A stretch of DNA of 64,000 nucleotides. It comes from the human T2T-CHM13v2.0 reference genome, Homo sapiens. Below are positions 40,886 to 52,856 of the stretch, piece by piece. The stretch is from NCBI RefSeq assembly GCF_009914755.1, contig NC_060925.1; one strand, written 5' to 3'. Each line of letters begins with the position of its first letter. Position 1 is the stretch's first letter. The notes under the pieces are model-generated. The model was not told the origin of the DNA. It ran no database searches and saw only the letters and a program-made list of their open reading frames with translations. The position numbers were made by a program, and so were the translations under genes.

Positions 40886-43800
40886 ACCGGTGAGTACTCA
40901 GCTGAAGACTTGAGTGAGATGTATTATCTTAGATCTTCAGAGCTCTCTTTCTATTCCTCTCTCCCCTTTATGGTACTGTACTAGCTGTGTTAGCCTCCCA
41001 TGCCCCCAACTCTGTCTTAAATCAGGGGCAATAATGAGCCCCATCTGGGTCCCTGAATTCTAAACCATGACCTGGAAATGCTCTTTAGGTAGTAAGGTCA
41101 TAGAGCTCACCTCATTTCTTACTCGTCCCTCAGGATCACTGTCTTTCATTACCTGATATCTAATGTCTTGAAAATAATTGTTTCATATATTTTGTCTGTT
41201 TTTTTTAAAGGAAGCACTATATTTTGTGTATGTGGTATAAGTATTCAATTATTCTCCTATTGATGGGTATTTAGGTTGTTTCTTTTTTTTTACTTTAGGA
41301 GTGAGATGTCTTGAATGTCCTTCAAATATTGTCTAAATTGCACTGAACTTTGCCCAAACAATGAATACTTACTGTGATACTTACAATTACATAAAACATA
41401 GGAAAATTGAGTGCTTAACATATACCAGAATTGTATTAAGCAATGTATATAATTCCATTGAGAATTCTTATTTAAAGGTAAGATGTTGAAAATAATTACA
41501 GCATAAAGTTAAAGAATGAGAATTCATAGTCACACTCAGCTTATCCTAAGTCCTAAAAAGAATTAGACATTCTGGTTAAATGACATTTTTGGACAACTGA
41601 AAGGTAAAATATTGAGCTAAAATACAATGTGATCTCAACCTAATTATATGAAAATCCTGAAAACCATATTATAAATTTTCTAACTTTAAGGAATAAAATT
41701 AAATAATTTAACATCTTGATAATTCCAAAACAACCTTATAAATATAAACATTTATATTCTGCTGTAGATGTGGAACGTTGAGATGAATCAGTATTGGCAA
41801 ATGCTTTTAGGGTTATAGAAGTAGAATGATCATGTGTTTTAGCTGACTAAATGGTGGAATGATTATTTTCTTCCTAGTAACCTCATAGTGAATGTTTTAT
41901 CTGTAGCTCTATATCAGTTATCAGAGTCTGTGTGTTCAGAGTGTTTTATATTCATGTGACTTTATTCCCTTGGATTATTAGTTCTTGGAGGGCAGGGACA
42001 CTGTGTTCTTTATGTTTTTAAACCCCAAAGCACATGGATAAGTATTGGATATGACTAATTAAATCAGGCACTCAAAGGACTCAGAAGGGTAAGAAATGTC
42101 AAACCCCTCTTGGATAAGTTGGGATATAATTAAACACATAATTTTAAGAACAATATTGAAAATACTAACAGTCCAATATTAGAGCAAGAGAAAAGTCTAC
42201 ATCTTAATCGAAAATTTCTCTCTGTACATGTGGGGAGTGTAGTGATGTGTATGTACATGGACCTGCAAGAATGCAAAAAGAGAGTCAGAAATGAATAAAG
42301 TAGAAAAAGGAATCTTTCCAGTAATGCTAAGGATGAAGGATAAGTTTTACCTTTTGGAAAAGGAAGAGGAAAAAAGCTTCTTTATGTTTCAGAAGAAAGA
42401 GGAAAAAAGCTGAGGCTTGAGTGTTTTGTGTCCACTTTCCCATCCAATGTGTTTTCATGAAGCCAATGAAAGAGTGAAATCCTTAAAAGTATTTAATTAA
42501 ACAAATACATATATTAAGCACTTACTATTTAATTATCACTTTGCTAGGGAAATTCAGAATCTACTTTTTATGTGTTTATTGTCTAACCATAGTTTATTTC
42601 CCCTGAAGTGAAACTTTCCTTTGGGGTCAGGAAGATAAACTCCAACAAAGATTACTTGGAAATTAAACTGTAAAGCACTTCTCCAAGTCTTTTCTTCATG
42701 CTATAAATAGTTCTGGCTTTGGCCATTTGAAAACTGAATATGGGAAAAGAATGATAGCAAGCTGCTAGTTTCAGAAAGAGAACTTTTAAGAATATTTGGA
42801 TATACCTTTGCAGAATTAACTTCTGCATTTAAAATTTTATTTAATTTATGATTGCTACTCCTGCCCACTTTCCAAGCAAGGTAAAACTAAGAATGAAATA
42901 TTTGTCTTCCTCTTGTCTCTTATGTGTATTGAAACAGTTGTATTATGAAATTGAGAAGTACAAAGTAGGGCTGGATCTTTATTTTCTATGGGGGTGGCTT
43001 ATGCATCCCAGAGAGTGGTATGAAGTAGGTTATGGGAAAGATGTGCCACAGAAGGAAAAAAGCATACTGAGAAGCATGTCAATATTGTTTCCATGCTTTT
43101 GGCTGTATAGTTTGGCAAAAAAAAAAAAAAGATCTTAGAAAAATAATAGAGAATACTGCACTCAATACTGTTTTTCTAATCTGCTAACTTCTTAATGCAA
43201 AAGATTCTATTTTAGAATACATCTTTCCATAACAAGTTTTCTTCCCTGATACATTTGGTGTGTGGTTAACTTTATAAATTACTTAAAATGTAACATCTAT
43301 TTTGGTAACTTATTGAAGCCATTTGGTAACAATTGAATCTAGGCCTTCAAGAAAAGGATAAGAAAGACAGGGTGGATTAAGAAAAAGTACCTCAAATAAT
43401 GGAAATTATTTATTTCGAATGTCGTATTTCTGTTACAACACATTCAAATACGCATATCCAGATTTTGATCTTCTGAAAAAGTTATGGAGAAATAAAGCAA
43501 CAAGTGCTATAGACATTTTATATGTGTATGTAAATGTGTGTGCACGTATAAAGGCTTTTTAGTGGTGAATGATAAAAACAGTAATTTAAATATTTATTCA
43601 ATTATTTTTCATAAGAATAAAGAAACATGGTAACTAACATTTTAAAACGTCAAATTATAGTTTTAAAAAGTGGTGATATTTTATTCCTGATTATCCATCA
43701 GTAGGTAATATTAAGATGAGCAATTAGGTATTATTTTTAAATAAAATAAATATTTTTGTTAATCAAGAATATGTAAATTTTTAACTTGTCACATAATGAG

Positions 43801-45744
43801 CATCATGGCTAATATCATCTAGACTGTCAATCAATGTCAGTGGCATCAAGTTGCTCATATATCAGGTCAATGGAGATCACTGGCTTTCAAACAATGGTCA
43901 GTGGGTTTATGTGGTTGTGGCTCAGACGTCACCAGAAGGGAGCAGTAAGAGGCCAGGTAGGCCTTGGTCTCCTGCCCAGGATTGAATTAGAGCAGTTCCA
44001 TACTTACCTGCTTTATATATTAGAGTTCTACAAAAATCTTCCTTTTCTGAAAAGTTTTCATTTACAAAGAAGGTATTTGAAAACTATGTTAAAGATGCAT
44101 TTCTTATGCTTTTTAAAATATCTATTTCCTCTTTCTTATTAAAATTCATCCATGGGTAAAACTAAAATGAAAATAGAAACAACTACAAAATTAGCACCAA
44201 ATGTACTACAATAATTCATAATTGCTATAGTTTTAATGACATGTCATTAATGATAGCTTACTAAGGGTTGTAGCAGAGGAAAAATAAATTATAGGTTATG
44301 TCTAATTCTTCTACCTGCAACTTCAACTATTTCTTCCAATTTTAGAAAGCAGATAGGAAAGCAAGTGAATGAGAGAGAGGTACTATTCAAAGGATAACCT
44401 TGAATCTATTCTAATTTATAAAAGAAAGCAAATCATTTGGATGATTGACATTCTAATTATTACTATAAAAATTATTTCACCACTCCTCATTACTAATGAC
44501 ATCACACTGGTTGAAGATTTTCCAAGCTAAGGAGCTGAGATCAGGAAATCATTGCGTTGACTTTCGAATATAAAATTCCTAATTGCATAGGATACATTCT
44601 TTTGAGAACACCTTAGAGTTTTGAGGTGAAACAGTTCTTATTCTATGTTTATTTTTATCTCAACCAAAGAAAGTTTGCATAGCAAAAAAGAAACATCTTT
44701 GGAGGATGACTGGTAATTCTGTCTCACAGGATTGGTGTCATAATCCAATCCTTTAGCTCACTGTGAATGGTGCCTGCAAAGGAGCTGGCATTTATCTGCT
44801 GGAGTGAAAGGGAGGAGGCATAGCTTGGAGAAACAAGAGTCTGGCCAGTGAAAAAGGTGGGGCCTGATGAATAAATTAATTGAAGTGAAACTAAATGGCT
44901 TGTTGGAAGTACCGTAATCCTAAAAGTAGAGTTTTCTGGGAAATCAGTAGAAAAGTGAGATTTATGATGGCAATATAATTAGGAGGATAACAAACCTGTA
45001 ATGTTGCTAGAACTTAGTAGGCCAAGGCTGTGCATGTTCTCTTCAGGAATAACTCATGGATTCATGAGTGATGTACTTAAACTAAAACAGTCACAGGCTA
45101 GATGTACCAGCAAGCTGTGCCAACATTGAGTGTGGGCTAGGTCTGGGAGTATAGTATATGGGACAATGACAGGAGAGGAAGCCCCTTAATAATCTGACCC
45201 ACTTTCCTTTATTTTAATAGGGGGTTGGTGTGAATGAGCTTGGCAGTGGTGAGTGGAAGTGGAACTTCCACAAAAGTAAACAATTTAGAGATGAAAATGT
45301 TCAAGAGGGAAAATGCTTCTAGACCTCCTGTCTTCACAACCAGAATTTCTGAAAACTTCCTGGGTTGTTACTTTCAATGGCACATGCAGAAATCCAAATA
45401 ATCAATCCAATAAAATTAGACATGGTAATATTCTATCTGTATCTTTAGAAATCAAAACTTTTTTTAAAGGAATATATAAGGGTTGAGAAACTGCAAGCCA
45501 CTGATACTACTAACAGGGGTTCCAAGACCTCAGCAGAAATTTTCCTTTGAAGTCTGAGGAAAATTGCCTAAGACATGTTTTACCAAGTGTAGGGTGTGCC
45601 TCAAAGAGAAGAAAATGCCAAATACTGAACTTGAGAGCATTCATGGACCATGCCAAAAGGGTGAGGCGAGAGGCTTTTTGCTATATTTGAATCAAGAAGA
45701 ATTATCTCCAATCAGTTAAATCATTGGTTTCTCCTGTAGGAAAG

Positions 45745-45945
45745 CAATATTATGGTTAAAGAACTGGCTCTGTAGTCAGACACATCTGGGGTTGAATTCT
45801 TAATTGGTCCTACAGTTTGTGACCTTGGATAAAGAATTTAACCTTGGTAAATCTCACTTTCCTTATTTCTAAAATGGCATAATAATGATAATTTTCTCAA
45901 GGTGAGGGTTAAATAATTGAAAGCTTGCAAAGTTGCTGGTCACTC
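45745..45945 (+). mobile_element. MIR SINE
   Basis: tggttaaagaactggctctgtagtcagac...tgtgaccttggataa...tttctaaaatggcataata. Confidence 0.75.
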
Positions 45946-46612
45946 TTCTTATTTTCATTATTATGAGTAATATGCAATATGATATCTGGATCATTTAAAG
46001 TTCCTGAAATGTGAGCAGTCACAAAATACAAATGTGATTCCCATCATTATTTTCAGTGACTTGGGCAGAAGGAGGAAACGTGAGAGATCAGGGGCCCAAG
46101 GAGGGCTTTCTCTAAGGATAACCCATTGTCTCTCTTATCAAACTCTCATTAGTCAAATTTTGGAGAAATAAAAATGTCAGCTTGAGTTTAAGACAATTTC
46201 GATTATCTGGAAAACTAATGTAGCTAACTGTTGAGAGGTCTATTTGCATGGGTGTGAGGGACTTCTGGGAGAGAAGGAGGAAAGAATGATCCAAGTATGG
46301 CTCATCTGACTTACTAGCAATGCTTGTTTGTTTTTTGCTTGTCAGGGTTTGCATTTTACTTTCGAGAGACTGAATATGGAAACAGACAATGGCCAGAGCA
46401 TATATGACAATAGAATTCTGAGATACATAAGAAGCTCAGAAACTAAACCCCAACTACTTTAGCAACCAGTCCAATAAGCCAAACCACAACCTTTTCAGCA
46501 ACAAGTCTAGGGACCCAAACCACAACTGTGGCAATAAATGGCCCAGCAGTGTGAGGACTTGGTCAGCGACTGCTAACTTCTCTCTTTTTGCTCCAACTTC
46601 CAACTTAGGACC

Positions 46613-47341
46613 TGCCAGGTCTGTCCCGCAGACCCTGACCGACGGATGAAATAAGTACTCAGACACAGGAATGCAGTGTAAGAGCAGCTATGTGACTGCC
46701 TGCCTCTAGTGGCCAGAGAGGAGCCCCAAGAAGCTGGAGCTGCTAGCTTTTATTTAGTGCAGGCACAATATGGAAAACCTGGAGCCAACACAACCTGTAC
46801 GTAATTAACATTTATTGTTCCCCTTTCAGCGGACATCATGGCGCCGGAAGATCAAAGGTCAGTTGTTGGTCAACATAAGTAAACAAGCTTGTTTAAGATA
46901 AATTCCTTGGGAGGCCGAGGCGGGCGGATCACGAGGTCAGGAGATCGAGACCATCCTGGCTAACACGGTGAAACCCCGTCTCTACTAAAAATACAAAAAA
47001 TTAGCCGGGCGAGGTGGCGGGCGCCTGTAGTCCCAGCTACTCGGGAGGCTGAGGCAGGAGAATGGCGTGAACCCCAGGGGGCGGAGCCTGCAGTGAGCCG
47101 GGATTGCGCCACTGCACTCCAGCCTGGGCGACAGCGAGACTCCGTCTCAAAAAAAAAAAAAAAAAAAAAAAGATAAATTCCCCCACACTCCCTTGTACCT
47201 ACTCCTTGCCCTCTGCCTCAGGGTTATAGTACAGCTGCCTTCAGCTATTCTCCCCTGGGGCTCTGCAGAACCTTCCGACCTTTCAGAAGGTTTACGTCCT
47301 TTCCCTATAGTTTTTCCCACCACTCTGACCAATCCGCCACA
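46613..47341 (-). mobile_element. LTR22-type (HERV-K HML-5) solo LTR
   Basis: Minus strand starts tgtggcggattggtcagagtggtgggaaaaactatagggaaagg; 6-bp TSD aggacc at 46607-46612 and 47342-47347. Confidence 0.85.
46907..47169 (+). mobile_element. Very young 5'-truncated AluY (AluYe5-like)
   Basis: Nearly all CpGs intact; diagnostics gggcgaggtgg, gaacccc.gggggcggagcctgc and gacagcgagac; TSD aagataaattcc at 46895-46906 and 47170-47181. Confidence 0.9.
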
Positions 47342-47739
47342 AGGACCAACCAGAGAAAGACAAATATGCTCTTTAGATCACTCACCTAAGAGGCTCTGTT
47401 CCTAGTTAGCCTGCCTCCAATTTCTCCATGGCAAAGACCTCCTTTAATCACAGTGTACCTGACGCCTTCTCTTTTTCCATTACACAATTTTCCCACTCCA
47501 CTGTCTGCCTTTCAATCTCTGCCAAACTGAAATGGTGTGGGTGGACTCCCTTGCCCACATCAAGGGAGTATCCATAGCGAACTCTGAATAAATATCCCAT
47601 TTGTTCTCATTAGGGTTGTTTTCACTTATTACCACATTCTCTATCGTGCATGTTTGTTTTCATGAAACAGCAATGTTTAACATTAATGCATTAAGTTACC
47701 AGTGAGTGAAACAAATATCTCACAGTGGCACTGTACCCA

Positions 47740-47813
47740 GAGGATTCTTAGTATATTATTTAAAGAGCAAATCAGATGGGAAATCAATTGGAAAGTGCAA
47801 GTGAGGAAAATAA
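47740..47813 (+). repeat. 74-bp copy of 48954-49027 flanked by ctgtaccc direct repeats
   Basis: 2 mismatches; ctgtaccc at 47731-47738 and 47816-47823. Confidence 0.95.
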
Positions 47814-47877
47814 TCCTGTACCCTTGGATGTTTGTAAGCCCTACTTTGAGAAGCCCTGACTTCAGGATCACAGGATC

Positions 47878-48062
47878 TTTTTTAAAACAATTTTAGTGAG
47901 GTATAATATATATACCACATAATTCCCCCACTGGAGGTGTATGGCTCAATTATTTGTAGCTAATTTATATGTTGTGCCACGATTATCATAATCCAGTTTT
48001 AGAAAATTTCTGTCACCCCAAAAAGTTCTTTCCCGACCATTTGTAGTTATCTCTACTCCCAC
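47878..48062 (-). mobile_element. Old L1M 3' end fragment
   Basis: aacaattttagtgaggtataat...ccagttttagaaaatttctgtcaccccaaaaag. Confidence 0.65.
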
Positions 48063-48182
48063 AGTGAGTAAGCTACCTAGGACATTGCTTGTAAGTACTA
48101 TGTTATACAGTGCTGCGTACCAACCTTTCTAGAAATACTGAAGGGAGGGGAATGCACTTAAGAGTTGAGATTAACAAACTAG

Positions 48183-48743
48183 TGTGCAGAAAAGAGTAAG
48201 CATAGCAGGCTTCAGACTATTAGCCTTAGAAAGGCCTGCTCACAAAGTTGGCTCTTGGTTGACATCTGGGGACTTGAATTTCAGGAGGATTCTGAACACT
48301 CTAACTGCTAAGAGGTACTCATTTTGCCCCTTCTGTTTATATAAAAAATGTGGCTTATGCAGAACACCTGTTTTCCTCCAGGGAATTTGGAAACTTGGTA
48401 GGAGCTAGGCAGAGGGTACCTGCATGATCATTCCTTGATAAAAACCTTGGGCAGTGAATATCTAATGAGCTTCCCTGGTAGGTGGCACTTCACAAATGTT
48501 GTCACAATTCAGCTTGAAGGAATTAAGTGTGTCCTGTGTGACTTCACTGGAGAAAGACTCTTGGGGGCTTGTACTTGCCTTCTTCGGGATCTTGGCCCAA
48601 TGTACATTTTCTCTTTGTTGATTTTATTTTCTGTCCTTTTTGCTGCAATGAATCTTGGTTAGGAGTATGACTACATGCTGAGCCCTGTGATCCCATCTAG
48701 CAAATGGCTGAACTTCGGGGAGATGTTGAGGACCTCCAACACA
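48183..48743 (+). mobile_element. MER68-type ERVL solo LTR
   Basis: tgtgcagaaaagagtaagcatagcaggc...ccttagaaaggcctgc...gagtatgactacatgctgag...cctccaacaca. Confidence 0.8.
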
Positions 48744-50524
48744 TTAATCACCTGGGGATTTTTATAAGAAATGGGACCTAATTTAAACCCACAGTCTGGT
48801 TGCAGGGACAAGGTTATAAAAGAGACAGGTTATGGTCAGTTTAGGGATTGTCACATCCATAAAAACTAAAGAATAGAGAATTTCTGCTTATCTCCCACAA
48901 AACTGTGAATTAACAATAAATAAAGCAGTACTGAATTTGAAGTATGAACTGATGAGGATTCTTAGTATATTATTTGAAGAGGAAATCAGATGGGAAATCA
49001 ATTGGAAAGTGCAAGTGAGGAAAATAAAAAAGAAACTAAATGTGGAAATTTTTGGAATTGATCATTAAAAATAAGAGTGTTTTCTGGCACAAGTTCTGTA
49101 CCTTCATTAGATGTATGGTTGTACAAATAGGAATATCTTTAAGATCCTCTAAGCAATTTATATCTTCAATTGGAACAAGGAAGACTTTTATATTAATGTT
49201 GAAAAATATGCTTTAGGTTTAAAATGATCATTTTCAAACTTTAACTGTCTGTAACAAAAGACTGCTAAGTAGGGAATACATACTCTACTAAAAAGAAAAT
49301 GTATACACTTTATAATATATAGTGACATTTCTATTTTATAGGCTTTCATGGAGGGAGAGGAACTGTAAATATTCAGCTGCATGTAATTTTTTAACAAATT
49401 TGTAAGGATCAAAGGAGATATTTATATGAAACTACAAATTGTGAAACAAATATAAGGTATTGTTATTATTCTCCAATTATTGGCTATAGGTAGATAAAGG
49501 CAGAGATGTAATGTCCACTCCATAAAATAGAGGAATGTCTCATCTGGTTAATTTTGTGTGTTTGTTGCCTTTCAGAAAAGTGATAAAGTACTCTTAAGAT
49601 AAAATCAACATTTGTTTGGTGCTTGTTTATAAGGACATCATTTCTGTTTACAGTTTTATGGTTGTCAATGTAAAAGTTTTCTTTCTCTATAAATCTTAAT
49701 ATTTGGGGAAGGGCTTTGGAACTGCTGAAGATTAGTTAAAGGAATTCAGTATTGGTCACATTTGGATTCAGGTATCTCAGAAAATTGAGGCTTAAGAGAT
49801 AGGAATTTGGATCAACCCCAAGAGGATTTTGTCTATAACTGTAAAGAGTAGCGATGAAGAGTTCATCACCCTTCCCTAGTTATTGGAAACATAAATTCTA
49901 CAGAGGGAACAGAAAAATATATTGAAAAAATATGAATGCATATTAGAAGAATAATTAATAACAGTAAAGATGGCATTTTAAATGACTATTGAGTTTTTCA
50001 TTGAAGTTATGTTATTTTGAAATCACCTAGTTTGTAGATAATTGGTTTTGATTTCTGATGATGTTAGTTTGTGAATTAACTCAATAACTGGTTTATACTT
50101 TTTAAAAAATTGATGACATGTTTTCGTTGATACTAAATGGCAAATCAGAGCCCAGAGAGGCGAACTTCTTTCATCTCTAATTTGACTCATTCTCACAGAT
50201 AGTCTAAGTAAAATATTTCTTCAATAAGATTTACCAGAAGATCTTGGAAAGCTATTTCTTTTATTTTCTTCTTTCTACATTCTTTATAACATCTTTGACA
50301 TCTCTACATAATCGTTTCTCTTCATTCTCCAACATGTTCTTTTCTGCTTTTTCCCTTCAATGGAGAAGTGCTCCTTCAACATCATACAAACTGTCACATC
50401 TGTTAAAGTATATTCCCCAGTGTTCCATTGAGAGGAGCAGAAAAAAACTAGAATTATCTCCTTACTGAAAAATAATTTAATATTTCTGTAATCTGAAAAT
50501 GACTGGAAATGTTTAAAATAGAAA

Positions 50525-50816
50525 TATACATATATATGTTTCTGTTTTAAACATTTATATATACATATATACACATATATACATATATGCACATATACAT
50601 ACATATATACACACACACAAATATGTGTGTGTATATATATATATACATATATATTTACATATATATATATATATATACATATGTATTTTGCCAAAGAGAG
50701 AGAGTAGTGGTAGCAGTTGTCTTTTGTATAAACATATATGGTGCTCAGAGTAATCTTTGTGTGTGTGTATGTATATTCACACACACACACAGGCACACAC
50801 ACAAACCCATATATAT
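50525..50816. repeat. Degenerate (TA)n/(CA)n/(TG)n low-complexity tract
   Basis: Directly visible. Confidence 0.9.
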
Positions 50817-52270
50817 TTAGAATACAGCTGATGATGAATTGCGGGAGAGCGATGCCAATAATTGCCTAACAACTCACTAGCTGACCAACATTTAAGGGAA
50901 AAGGTAAGATGTGCCTTTTTGAGCCTGCCTATTAGAAGTTCCAGTAGTGTACAAGAAGCCAACTTTGTTTTTCTTATATCTCTGCTATTAAAAAAAAACT
51001 CAACACATGAATTTATTATCATTGAAGTTTTTACCAAAGTGCAAAACTTTAAGAAATGTAAGCACATTTTAGCATTAATAGAGTACTTTAAGTGTAGTGG
51101 GCATTCAGTCAACATTTAGAGCTGATGATATAGCATTTATTTTACTTTTTTTTAGTTTTGTAGAAAAAATACAATGTACTTAAGTGTATCTTTCAGATAA
51201 TATCAATACAAATTTTGCCCTAGAAAAATCAAATGAAAAGCTTTCACTCATTCTATAAGAATGTGCTTTTGTATTGATAGGAAAACAAAAACAAATAACC
51301 TCAGGGTTAAGAAAGCAATTTTGTGAATTTAAAAGTAATTTCTTTGAGCAGAAATAAAATAACCAACTCTCCAAGCATGCTATTTTATTCACTTCAAGTA
51401 AGCAAATTCAAAATGTGTGCAAACCAATCTAGTTGGGTAAAAAGTAGGCAAAGTCATTTATACTTTTTCTGTAATTTTCTTGACATCTTTTATTACTTTG
51501 TGGGCCTCTGTCAATCAAAGAGGAATGGCAGAAATTGTGAGCCTTGAAAAAGTTGTGTAGTTCTCATTTAATTGCAACTTGGAACTACAAATACATTAGT
51601 AATATTAATAGCCATCAATTAATAGTGGTTTCTGGAATTTACATATAGATGTCCACACAGTAAAAAGTTTGTATGTAAATACATATATTAAGTAGTTAAC
51701 CGTTATAGAACACTGCTTGGCTCATAGTAAGGACTCAATATTAATTGTCTATTATTACATGAGTATATGTGTTATATCTATATATTATTTAATTTTATAT
51801 TATATTAAATAAGTAGTGGTAAATCCTACTTTATTAGTTATAAATGGAGTTAGCTGCTTGTCAGTCTGAACTTTTGACTTTGGTACTGCCCATTTCAATA
51901 TTCAGCATGTGACTGATAACCATTAAATTCTGAAAGGTCAACAATTCTCTCAGCCCTGAATGTTAATTTTGACATCATCTTGCCAAGGAAAGTGAGAAAC
52001 GTGACATGAATTATTGAGGTAGAAGAGCAGAAAAGAATGCTCCTAGGAAAGTGATATCTATTATATATTACCAACTGCTAACTTTTTTTCTTCTTTAACA
52101 TCAATTTAGACTCTTTGCCGATTATGTCAATTGGCTTTACTGTCAAATCATTTTCTTTCTTTTTTTTAGTGTGACTCTTTCTGGCAAGGGATCATGATTT
52201 AATACATATTAATTACAGGGATAAAAGTATTATTTGGCCAATTCATTTTTATAACAAAGGTGTGAGTGAA

Positions 52271-52856
52271 CATGGTGGGCAGCTTCTGACATGGCTGTCA
52301 ATGAACCCCACATCCTGATATGCTCTGGTGTAATCTCCTCCCCTTGAGTGTGGCTGGACCTAGTGAATTGCTTCTAATGAGTAGAAAACAGGAACAGTGA
52401 TGGAGTGTCACTTCTGTGTTTGGGTTGCTGCCATTCCCTCTTGCTCTCCTGCTTGCTGCCATGTGGTGAGATGCCCTGTGGAGAGGTCCATGTGGCAAGG
52501 AACTGAGGAAGACCTCCAGCTAGCAACTCCTGAGAAACTGAGGCCTGAGTCCAACAACAGGATAGGATCGGAATCCTGCCAACAACTACATAAAAGAACT
52601 TAGAAGTAGATCCTGCCTAGCTGAACCTTGACATGTATGATTAAAGCCTTTTTGCTGCAATGAATCTTGGTTATGAGTATGACTACATGCTGAGCCCTTG
52701 ATATGTATGATTAAAGCCTTGAGAGATGCACAGAGTTAGAGGACCCAGGTAGGCTGTGCCTAGAAACATGACCCAGAGAAACTGTGAGATAATAAATGTT
52801 TTAAGCCACTAACATTTTGGGGGTAATTTGTTACACAGAAATAGATAACTAACACA
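52271..52856 (+). mobile_element. MLT1F-type MaLR LTR
   Basis: ggtgggcagcttctgacatggc...ctccccttgagtgtggctggacctagtga...gtaatttgttacacagaaatagataactaacaca. Confidence 0.82.
52647..52698 (+). repeat. 52-bp copy of 48635-48686 flanked by a 25-bp duplication
   Basis: 1 mismatch; ccttga(c/t)atgtatgattaaagcctt at 52626-52650 and 52696-52720. Confidence 0.95.

Larger units (their letters stand above)
46363..47636 (+). mobile_element. ERV1-type solo LTR (subfamily unresolved), split by LTR22
   Basis: The halves join at ...ttccaacttaggacc|aaccagagaaag; internal ccaaaccacaac repeats; poly(A) signal gaataaa at ~47586; ends ...accaca. Confidence 0.6.

Noticed and set aside
43875-44090. Possible old hAT-Charlie-type MITE
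   Set aside because: Only the ends are weakly suggestive (tggctttcaaac...tttgaaaactatg); too degenerate to call without an HMM search.
46440-46545. CRISPR-like or novel repeat array (ccaaaccacaac units)
   Set aside because: Only 2-3 degenerate units inside an LTR U3 region; eukaryotic context with no cas genes.
46698-46715. CTCF-like tggccactagaggca on the minus strand in LTR22
   Set aside because: It lacks one G of the GGGC core and is probably a family-wide LTR feature.
46907-47150. CpG island / promoter
   Set aside because: The CpG density is fully explained by a young Alu.
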